Shown here piece after piece: positions 24,004-32,800 of a DNA stretch of 57,380 bases. The notes beneath the pieces are model-generated. The model was given only the letters and a program-made list of their open reading frames with translations. It had not been told where the DNA came from and made no database searches. The stretch comes from a virus, in the IMG/VR virus record IMGVR_UViG_3300005077_000022, positions 1 to 57,380 of that record; one strand, given 5' to 3'. Every line of letters begins with the position of its first letter. The stretch's first letter is position 1. Position numbers and translations under genes: made by a program.

Positions 24004-25671
24004 TTACCACTCGTCCCCGGCCGGCCACAACGGCAACCGCACCCACACCCCCCGCATCCGCACGTCCGCGTGCTGATCGAGGGCTACCACGCTCCCCTGC
24101 CACTCCAGCCAGTCACCCGGCTGGCATCCGCAGTCCACCGGCACGCTGGACGCTTGCTCGTCGCCGTACTGCACCCCGTCATAGGTGTCCGTCACCCGCG
24201 CCACGTAGGTCGCCCAAACGTTGCTCAGGGCTTCCCCCGCCGTGGTGCAGCGGCACTGGAAATCCACCGTAATGGTGCCGGATGGCGATGGGTTGACGTT
24301 ATTGTACTGGAGGCCGAAGGCGATGGGGGCACGGGCCGGGAACGACGGGGGCAATCGGACGCCACCCGACAGGAACCCGCCCGTGTCGCACGTCACCGCG
24401 TAGGCGGTCGGGCCGTTGTTGAACGTGGTGCGCGCCGGATCGAGGCACACGCTGCCATCGCCCGTCAGCGCCACCCCCGGCCACACCACCGTTCGCATCA
24501 CCGGCCCCAGCACGCTGGCCCGCTGCTGGGTGGTGGACAGCAACGCCTGCCCCGGCAGGGCCAGACATCGGGTGCCCCACGCCCCGGCGCTGTCCCCGCC
24601 CGTGTCCACGCACACCGTGGCCCCGGCCAACTGGCCGATGACCAGCCCGTCCAGCGGCGCTCGGTACACCAGCAGGTCCGCCAGCGCCACGTGCACCTGA
24701 TTGCTCCCGTCCTCCCGTGCCGCCACGCTCAGGCCCGGTGTGGTGTCCGCCTCAAGGGCGAACGCGCACGCGGCGTTCCGTCCCACAATCGTCCCGTCCC
24801 GGTAGGTGGTCCACACGTTGCCCGGCGCGTCGTACACCCACGCGACGTGATGCCACGTCAGGTCGAGGCCCCCGATGGCACCCCCGGTGGCCGGATTGCA
24901 GGCTCCGGTGTATCCACCCGGGGCCTCGAACGTCAGGGCCTCTCCGGTGTCCAGCGACACGCGCCACGCCCCCGACTGCACCACCGTGCCGCTCTGGTCC
25001 AGCGCCGCCAGTCGGATCCACATGGCCACGGTGAATGAGTCCTGCAGGCCCGTGGTGTACGTGGGGGCGGTGGTGGTGGCGGCATAGCTGGTGCCGCTGA
25101 ACACCATTCCGGCCCCCTGTTCGCTGGGGCGCGGCGGTCCCACCAGCGGCGTCGGGGTGCCCACGATGGTCAGGCCGAGGCTCCAACCGGACGGTGCGCC
25201 CACATTGGCGATGGTGCTCCCGGTGCCGTCGAACCGCCAGAACGCCACCGGATTCCAGTTCAATGCCGTGCTGCGGGCCGCGCTGCGGAACGGCTGGCCC
25301 GTGGGGGTCAGGGTGGGGGTGGCCGTGGCCACACCCGCCGTCGCCGTCACTGATCCCGTGGCCGTGGGCGTGCCCGTGGCCGTGGGCGTGCGCGTGGGGG
25401 TGCCGGCCGCGCCTGTCGCGGTCACGGACGGCGTGCGCGTCGGGGTCCGGGTCTTGGTGTTGGTGGGAGTGAACGTCCCCTTCACGGTGCGCGTGGGGGT
25501 GTGCGTCGGCGTGTGCGTGGACGCAGCAGGCGTGACGGGCGTGGGGGTCGGGGTCCACGGGTACAGCCCCACCTCGTCGTCCAGCGGATCGGTGGGGGTC
25601 GGGGTCTGCGCCCATCCGGCGTTGCACATCACCACCACCCACAGGGCCACCACCGCCAGCCATCGGGTCAT
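24004..25671 (-). CDS. Secreted LamG/concanavalin-A-like lectin domain protein with TPT linker
   Basis: ATG 25671: MTRWLAVVALWVVVMCNAGWAQTPTPTDPLDDEVGLYPWTPT. LamG-like core: FWRFDG..., SFTVAMWIRL, LTWHHVAWVYD, NVWTTYRDG, LADLLVYRAPL. ATGA overlap upstream. Confidence 0.65.
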   Translation of the reverse strand: MTRWLAVVALWVVVMCNAGWAQTPTPTDPLDDEVGLYPWTPTPTPVTPAASTHTPTHTPTRTVKGTFTPTNTKTRTPTRTPSVTATGAAGTPTRTPTATGTPTATGSVTATAGVATATPTLTPTGQPFRSAARSTALNWNPVAFWRFDGTGSTIANVGAPSGWSLGLTIVGTPTPLVGPPRPSEQGAGMVFSGTSYAATTTAPTYTTGLQDSFTVAMWIRLAALDQSGTVVQSGAWRVSLDTGEALTFEAPGGYTGACNPATGGAIGGLDLTWHHVAWVYDAPGNVWTTYRDGTIVGRNAACAFALEADTTPGLSVAAREDGSNQVHVALADLLVYRAPLDGLVIGQLAGATVCVDTGGDSAGAWGTRCLALPGQALLSTTQQRASVLGPVMRTVVWPGVALTGDGSVCLDPARTTFNNGPTAYAVTCDTGGFLSGGVRLPPSFPARAPIAFGLQYNNVNPSPSGTITVDFQCRCTTAGEALSNVWATYVARVTDTYDGVQYGDEQASSVPVDCGCQPGDWLEWQGSVVALDQHADVRMRGVWVRLPLWPAGDEW

Positions 25672-26120
25672 GGGGCCTCCAGCACGAAGTACGCAGTGCG
25701 GAGGAGCACCGACCCTCCGGTGAACGTCCCATCCCGCGCCGTCAACCGCACCGGCCGTGCGGCCGCGCCCGTGGCAATCAGGTCGCTCGCCGTGAACTGG
25801 CCGGAAGTGACCAGCGTCCCGGCCCCCACGGACAGCCACGCGCCCCATGCCTCCGGGAGGGCAGCCGTGCCCAACGACCATGCGGCGCACCCGGTGAGGT
25901 CCGTGAGCACCCGGGCCGTCACTCCGAGTATCAACGCCCCGACTGGCAGTTGCCCCGCCACGTCGTACACCACCCCGGTGGGGGACACCGTCTGGTCCGC
26001 CGTGCACAGGCACACCCCGCCGCCGTCGAACTCGGCCTCGGTGGCAGACGTGGCCCGCAGAATGGCCCCCACGGTCAACGCCCCCTGTCGGGTCCAGCCC
26101 GTCTCGCGGTTGTAGCCCAT
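25668..26120 (-). CDS. Tail-associated small protein, 150 aa; paralogous to the C-terminus of 26120..29053
   Basis: ATG 26120 overlaps the upstream stop (TGATG). LTGCAAWSLGTAALPEAWG...FTGGSVLLRTAYFVLEAP aligns with ITGATKWSLGTPTDPDAWG...FTGGVVEVTIHYYLLTPP. Confidence 0.55.
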   Translation of the reverse strand: MGYNRETGWTRQGALTVGAILRATSATEAEFDGGGVCLCTADQTVSPTGVVYDVAGQLPVGALILGVTARVLTDLTGCAAWSLGTAALPEAWGAWLSVGAGTLVTSGQFTASDLIATGAAARPVRLTARDGTFTGGSVLLRTAYFVLEAP

Positions 26121-29053
26121 CAGGCATCCGGCGGCGTGAGCAGATAGTAGTGGATGGTCACCTCCACCACCCCGCCCGTGAACGCCGCATCCCCGGTGAA
26201 CACCAGATCCGTAGGCGCGTACAGGTTCACCGGACTGAGCACCGTGCCGTCGTTGGCCCCGATGACCGTCCCTGCCGCCGGGGACAGGTCCAGCCCCCAT
26301 GCATCCGGGTCAGTCGGCGTGCCGAGGCTCCACTTGGTGGCTCCGGTGATGGCCGTCGTCACCCGACCCGTCACCTGCGTGATGACCGAATTCGCCGGGT
26401 GTGCCCCCGCCACCGCTCTGGTGGTCCCGCCGATCAGCAGCACCGTGGCAGAGTAGTGCCCCAGCGTTGTCCCGTGGGCCACCGCGTTACTGGCGCGCAC
26501 GGTAACGTCCCCGGGCTGCAACACGGCGGGGTCCACCCCCCAGCGGGGGGAGCGGTGCCAGTGGGAGGGCTTGTGCTGATGCCGCCCCACGGCCTCAAGT
26601 TGCACGGCGTCCACGCGCATGGTCAAGCCGGTCAACTCCCATCCGATGACCAGCGTGGCCGCGTCAGTGGGGGTGCGGAGAATGGCATAGTGCCGCTTCC
26701 ACCCGTTCCCGTTGCGGTCGTTGGGATCCACCCGGATCGGTGGGGCCTCCCAGTCGGCGTGGAGTGCCAGCCCGGCGCTGTCGTAACAGGCGTAGATGAA
26801 CCGCCAGCCCTCTGTCTGATCCGTGTACAGGCTCACCAAGAACAACGCCCGAGGGGGACAGGCGATCCCCGTGCGAGCGGATGCCACCGTGGGGTCGGAC
26901 GTCATAAACGCCCGCACCTTGGACGTGCTCGTGTCCGGGTTGGCAGTGAGGTACGCGGTGCCGTAGCACCCCCGGGCGACATCGGTGTTCCGGGTCACCG
27001 ACCACGCCGCGTCAACCACCCCCTCCAGCCACCAGCCCGGGATGGCGCTGCGGGCCGCGTCGGAGGACACCCGTGCGGCCAGATCCGTGGAGCGCACCCC
27101 GGCGGTGAAGTCTGGATTCACCACGAGGTTGACGCCCGCGCCCGGCACTCGGGTACGCACGTCGGTGGTGTCCGCGTCGGCTTGAGTCTGCGCCCCGTCC
27201 CCGTCGTACCCGATGGCGTCGGGGTCGTAGGTGTACGCATTCGCGTCGTACCCCTCCACGGTGAGGTCCGCCGTCAGCAAGCCCCGCTCGATCCGCAAGA
27301 CCCGATACGCCCCATCCACCCCCGCGTCTGGGGCCACGATGGTCACCAGATGCCCCACGCTGACGCTCTCCACGTCCTCCGCGTAGCACGTCAGGTCGAT
27401 CACTTCGTCCCCGGCGGCCATGCGCCGGGCCATGTAGTACGCCACCCGACCGGCACTGGCCGTGCCCGCCAACCACGAAGACGTCACCACCACATCCGAC
27501 GCCGCCCACCCCAGCACATCGACGTGCAACTGGAACCGGGCGTCGTTCAACGGCGTCAACTGCGCTCCCACGTCGCGGACGTGGCTGGCCTTGACCCGGT
27601 GCCCGTACCGCATGGTGAGCCGCCCCACGGCGTTCGGCAGCGGACTGCGCCGCCGCCCACGGAACGACACGATGTTCTGGTGCAGGCCGTCCCCGTAGCC
27701 CAGCGTCACCGTGGGGGAGACAGCGTTACTGTCCACCGTGATGGTCCACGCGCCCCCGCCCGTGGGCAGGTACCGCAACCGCGCCCCCCGCAACGCCAGC
27801 AGTTCGTTCAGCACGTCCACCGCCGGTCGTTGCTGCCGATCCCCGCCGAGCGCGCCATTCACGGCGGCATCCAGACCGGCGGCGGCGAACTCCGATTCCG
27901 CTGCCGCGAAGGATGCCGCATTCACGGTCTGGCCGAGGCCCCACACCGGATTCCGCAGGATCTCTTCGATCACCCGGGCAGGGTTCTGCAAGGGACGATG
28001 TACCCGTGCCACCACCGTGCCCGCCTCCACCGCGAAGAACCGCAGGGACGCGAGGGATCCCCCGGCGTTGGTGTACCGCCCCCGCTCCACGAAGTAGTCG
28101 GCCCCGCCCAGCAATTCCACGTCGCTCAGCCCAGCGCCAACCACGTTATCCCCCACCTGTACGGTGCCCGTGCCCCCCGGGGTGGATCCGGGGTAAAACG
28201 CGATGACGTGAGTCGTGATCCACGCACCGGCACTGGCCGTGGTCTTGAACCGGATGGGGGTGCCGCCGAACACCGCCGCCACGTACACGGCGTCCAGTTG
28301 CGTCCCCGTCACCTCGAACGTGGATGGGTTGGCGGTCGGAGTGAACGCCGTCCCCGGTGCAGGATTCCACGACGTGGCCAGTTCCAGTTCCGCCGTGCCG
28401 GGCGTCAAGTCCCACCACGCCTGTTGCACTTCAAGGTCGATCAGCGCCCCGTCCGCATCGTGGATGTCCGCGAGGAGGTAGTCAGTGCCGCCGGGGTCCA
28501 CGGCGGTGATCTCCTCACTGTCCGGGTCGTGCACCCCGCACACGGGCGCGGAGATGTACGCCGTGCCGAACGGCACAGGGATCGCCGCCCCCACGTCCAG
28601 TGCGGACGGGAACTCGTCCACGTTGACGATCGTGCGGGGGATGGGGGTGCGGAGGATGCTCTGGTCGTAGCTGGCGAGCGTCATCTCCGCCCCCACCCCC
28701 GTCCACACCACCTCACTCACCACCCCATCGAACACGTAAGCCAAGCTCCCGGTGTCCCGGTCGTACCGCACCAGCCGCGCACGATACCGCCGCCAGTCGA
28801 TCTCGGTGGGGTTCGGCGTGCTCCACCCGTCCAGTTCCCACTCCAGCGTCACCGTCTGTGGCGCATCGACCCCCCCGCCGGTGGGCATCTCCTCCGTGAC
28901 ACGGATGGCGTCAGCGTTCCGCAACCGGCGCTCTGGAATCGCCCCGACGAACACCCCGGCTGCGAGGGATTCGGACAGGTCGTCGGACGCCCCGCGTTCC
29001 ACCAGCACCCCGGCGTCGTCGTACAGGGCGCACACCCACGCCAGCGAGCGCAC
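26120..29053 (-). CDS. Large tail tip / host-specificity-type protein, 977 aa
   Basis: Position directly after the distal tail protein, and size. GTG start 1 nt after the upstream stop. No specific catalytic motif recognised. Confidence 0.6.
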   Translation of the reverse strand: MRSLAWVCALYDDAGVLVERGASDDLSESLAAGVFVGAIPERRLRNADAIRVTEEMPTGGGVDAPQTVTLEWELDGWSTPNPTEIDWRRYRARLVRYDRDTGSLAYVFDGVVSEVVWTGVGAEMTLASYDQSILRTPIPRTIVNVDEFPSALDVGAAIPVPFGTAYISAPVCGVHDPDSEEITAVDPGGTDYLLADIHDADGALIDLEVQQAWWDLTPGTAELELATSWNPAPGTAFTPTANPSTFEVTGTQLDAVYVAAVFGGTPIRFKTTASAGAWITTHVIAFYPGSTPGGTGTVQVGDNVVGAGLSDVELLGGADYFVERGRYTNAGGSLASLRFFAVEAGTVVARVHRPLQNPARVIEEILRNPVWGLGQTVNAASFAAAESEFAAAGLDAAVNGALGGDRQQRPAVDVLNELLALRGARLRYLPTGGGAWTITVDSNAVSPTVTLGYGDGLHQNIVSFRGRRRSPLPNAVGRLTMRYGHRVKASHVRDVGAQLTPLNDARFQLHVDVLGWAASDVVVTSSWLAGTASAGRVAYYMARRMAAGDEVIDLTCYAEDVESVSVGHLVTIVAPDAGVDGAYRVLRIERGLLTADLTVEGYDANAYTYDPDAIGYDGDGAQTQADADTTDVRTRVPGAGVNLVVNPDFTAGVRSTDLAARVSSDAARSAIPGWWLEGVVDAAWSVTRNTDVARGCYGTAYLTANPDTSTSKVRAFMTSDPTVASARTGIACPPRALFLVSLYTDQTEGWRFIYACYDSAGLALHADWEAPPIRVDPNDRNGNGWKRHYAILRTPTDAATLVIGWELTGLTMRVDAVQLEAVGRHQHKPSHWHRSPRWGVDPAVLQPGDVTVRASNAVAHGTTLGHYSATVLLIGGTTRAVAGAHPANSVITQVTGRVTTAITGATKWSLGTPTDPDAWGLDLSPAAGTVIGANDGTVLSPVNLYAPTDLVFTGDAAFTGGVVEVTIHYYLLTPPDA

Positions 29054-29054
29054 G

Positions 29055-29819
29055 TCAGGCGTACTCCTCCAACACGCACTGCCCCATGGACAGTGCCGTG
29101 GCCGTGGCGAACTCGGCAGTCAGGGTGCCCAACTTGCGGCACAGGTAGGCGTGCGAGGTGTGGGTGTCGTTGCGGTAGAACACCAACGGGTCGGCTTCCG
29201 TCTGCCCCATGAGCCACAGCACGTCGTCCAATGCCGTTGCGGTGATGATGTCCGAGGATAGAGTCCACCGGGCGGCGCGCAGGCGATCCAACCGCACGGC
29301 TTCCCCCGTGCGTCCCCCGTAGTCGGCCACCATCATGGCGGCCACGGTCCCCACACCGACCCGTTGTGGACTGTCCACCCATTCTCGTGCCGTGGCGCAG
29401 CACGCCAACGACCCCACCCGCATCAGTCCCGTGCCATCCGCAGTGGCGTTGTCGCGGGCATAGAATCGCACGTACCGGGCGCTGATGGGGGCGGCGGGGA
29501 CGTAACAGTCCTTGTAGCGCCCATCCACGGGATCGAGGTTCGGGCTGACCGAGACCCACGTCCATGCGCTACCGTTGCTGGAGTACACCCACGACGCCTT
29601 CTCCACGTTCACGTCGTCGGCGAACAAGAGGGCGATGGACTTGACGGCCCCGAGGTCCATCCCAACGTAGGTGGTGTCTGCCACGCACGTCGTCCCCTGC
29701 CAGTACAGGGCCGGTCGGGTGATGCGTCCCACGTTCCCCTTCGGATACCGGGAGGTGTCCCCGCTGGAGGCATACCCCGTGGGGGTGAACGGGGAGTGAC
29801 CGAAGATGAACGCGCTCAT
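29055..29819 (-). CDS. Distal tail protein-like, with galactose-binding/discoidin-like signature
   Basis: Immediately downstream of the tape measure (ATGA overlap). ISARYVRFYARDNATADG resembles F5/8 type C domains. Confidence 0.5.
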   Translation of the reverse strand: MSAFIFGHSPFTPTGYASSGDTSRYPKGNVGRITRPALYWQGTTCVADTTYVGMDLGAVKSIALLFADDVNVEKASWVYSSNGSAWTWVSVSPNLDPVDGRYKDCYVPAAPISARYVRFYARDNATADGTGLMRVGSLACCATAREWVDSPQRVGVGTVAAMMVADYGGRTGEAVRLDRLRAARWTLSSDIITATALDDVLWLMGQTEADPLVFYRNDTHTSHAYLCRKLGTLTAEFATATALSMGQCVLEEYA

Positions 29820-32800
29820 CCCCGTCCCACCACCACGTCCCGGATGGCACGACGGACAGAGGGATCACTCCGCAACGCCCGCAACAGGCCCGCCCGCCCT
29901 CGTGGGGTGTCCACCGTGCTCCCCCGCTCCTGCACCACCACCACCCCGCCATCCCCGGCGCTCCGCTTCCGCATCTCGGCGGTCAACTGCTGCACGGCGG
30001 TCGTGTTCTCCTGTAGTGCCCCCGTGGCATCCATCTGCGCGTCCGCCAGCCCTTCGTACAAACTGGCGGTGCTTTCCAACACGCCAGTGCCAAACATCAC
30101 CTCCCGGCGGTACCGGGCGCTCCCCTGCCGGTACGTCCCGGCCCCGCTGGTGATGTCCCGCCCGAGCTGTGCCCGCTCGCCGAGCAGTTCCAGCACCCGC
30201 GCCGCTTCGTCCGGAGCCACTCCACCCGCCCGCAACGCCGTCAGTTCGGTGTCCAACTCCGTCAACTTGGTGCGACGGCGGGCTTCCTGCTGTCGCGGGG
30301 ACAACAGCAACCGGGTCCGGGTGTCTTCGGCTTCCTCGCGGAGCGTGGTGGCGCTTTCCCGCAACGTGTCGGGTTGCATCTGCAACATGGCCGCCAGTTG
30401 CCGCTGGGCCACCGACCATGCCTCCACCAGCGGGAGTGCGTCGGTGGCGAACGTGGACAACGCTCCGGTGATGGCCGCCAAATCGAACCCTTCCGGCCCT
30501 GCGGCCACTCCGGTGCCAATGACCGTCTGCAGGGCTTCGAACGACGGTAGAGCCGTGATGCTCGCCCACGCCTGCTCCACCATCGCCGTCTGGATGCCGG
30601 TGACCACCTCCTCGGTCATCGCCTTGCGGAACGCCGCCGCGCCATCTTCCCCGGCGGCCAACGCCTCGTTGAACGCGGCAACGCCGTTGCGCGCTGCGCT
30701 CTTGCTGGCCTCTTCAAGGTCCTCGAACACCTTGATGATGCGCTCGATCTCGGTGGCGGCCTTCTCGGTGTCCAGCACGTTACCGTAGGCGAACTCCCCG
30801 TAATTCTTCCCCGGCCGCACTGGCACCCGCACCTCGTGCCACAGGGCTTGAATGTTGGGGGGCAGGCTTTCGTTCCCACGGAAGCGCAGTTGCGCGTCGG
30901 CACCCAGCATGGTGGCGAGGTTGACCCCTTTGGGCATCCCCGGTGCCAGCAGATCGGCGAGGCCAATGATGCCCTGTGCGTAGGTGGATGGCACCATCTC
31001 CCCGGCCAGCACCTGTTTCTCCAACTCCTTGAGGGCCGAGCGGGGCGTCACCCCACTTTCCATCGCGATGTCGTACAGCCGTTGCTGCGTGTACTTGGGA
31101 TCCTCCTGATACAGCAGGGCGTTGTTCACCACGATGTTTTGGAATCGGTCCGCTTCCTCCACGCTCAAGCCCAGAACCTTGCCCAGCGCCCATGCGCCCT
31201 TGTTCCGGTGCATGACGTCGTCTCGGGAGGTGTTGGGATTGTCCACCCCGTACAGCGTCCGGTAAATGAGGCTGTCCCGTGCGCGCTGCTCGGCCTCGAA
31301 GCGCCACAGGATCTGGTTGGCTTTGTTCACCGTGCGGCCGTCATTCCACACCGACCCTTGCGCCGGGGTCCCGGGTCCGCCCATCGGCGGCCCCTCGTAG
31401 TACGGACCCAGCACCGCGTTGAACAACTGAAGGTCCTTGGCGGTGCGGAGGTCGCGGGCGATCTGATACACCCCACGTCCCTCAAGCCCGATGTTGGCCA
31501 GCGGATCCGGCAGGCCGATTTCGCGGATGGCCTTCCGCGCCACGGTCGTGGTCAAGTTCTCCTGCGTGGGTGGCTTGAAAATTTGGTCTTTGAGGGCGTA
31601 CAGGATCCCCGCCACCACCGCTCCCAGCACGATGCCGATGAGGCCCCCAGCGGCACTCCCCGCGAGGATGGTGCCGATGGAGGCTCCACCGCTGGCCCCC
31701 AGCAACGCCGCCCCACCCGCCGTGGCCCCGACGACGCCGCCCACGATGCCCCCGGCCAGACCGCCGTATGTCACCCCCTGTCCCACCCAACTCTGCGCGT
31801 CCTGTCCACCCACCGCTCCAGCGATCAACGGAGCAGCCAGTCCCACCCCGCCCGCGATCAGCCCCAGTGCCCCCAGTCCCACTCCACCGCCGGTCCCGGA
31901 CGACGACGGGTAGACATACCCGCTCGCCCACGGGCCGGGAGTGGCTACCGTGGTGCCGCCCCCGCTGGGTGCCAAAACGGTGCCGGTGCCGGGGGCCACG
32001 GCGCTGCCACCGCCGAACAACTCGGGCAGGTTCGCCAACGCGGCGATGTTCCCCACCCCCGGCACGTTCCGCAGGGTGCCCCCCACCTGTGCCGCCGTGC
32101 TGGCCGCACTGCTCTCGATGCCAGTGAACGCCGTGTCGAACGCCCCCGACATGAGCTTCGCCCCGATGCCGAACACCCCGGGGAGCTTGACGGTGAAGTT
32201 CTCCGTGACCATCACGTCAAACTCGTTCTTCTTCAGCTGCGCTTCGAGCAGTCCGCCGATGAACTCCGATGCCAACGCCTGCCCGGTACCCTTGAGCGCG
32301 TTCTCCAGCGTGAAGCCTTGTTGCCCCGTCAGCAACCCGTCCACCGCCCGCTGGATGGACGAGTTGAGTGTGTCCCCCAACGACCGGACCACTGTGTGCG
32401 CCCGCTTGAACTCCTCGGTGATCTGCTGGACGCGCCGTGGCCCCTCGGCCAACTTCGCGTCCACCCCGTCCATCTCCACCCGGAGCACTTGCGCTTCGGC
32501 GCGAAGCACTTGGAGGTCGCCACCCGTGAGATTGTTGGCCTGCTGCTTGGCAGCATTGGTGGCCAGTTGGGCTTCCAGTTGTGCCCGTTGAGCTAACAGC
32601 ACCCGCTGTTCCGCCCCCTCGATGCGCGCCGCCGCCTGCACCTGTTGTTCCAGCGAGGCGTCCTGCCCCTGCATGGTGGTCAACTGCTGCTGAAGCACAC
32701 CGAGTTCGTTCTGCCGGGACATGAGCACGGCCCGCGCGAGGATCTCTTGGGCCTGCATGGACTTGGCCTTCTCGGCGTCGGATTCCCGAAGCCGCTTGGC

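Noticed and set aside
25668-29053. Possible diversity-generating retroelement, because a C-terminal domain is duplicated in adjacent tail genes.
   Set aside because: No reverse transcriptase ORF is present in the window. The two copies are diverged at the protein level generally, not a near-identical TR/VR pair with adenine-specific differences.
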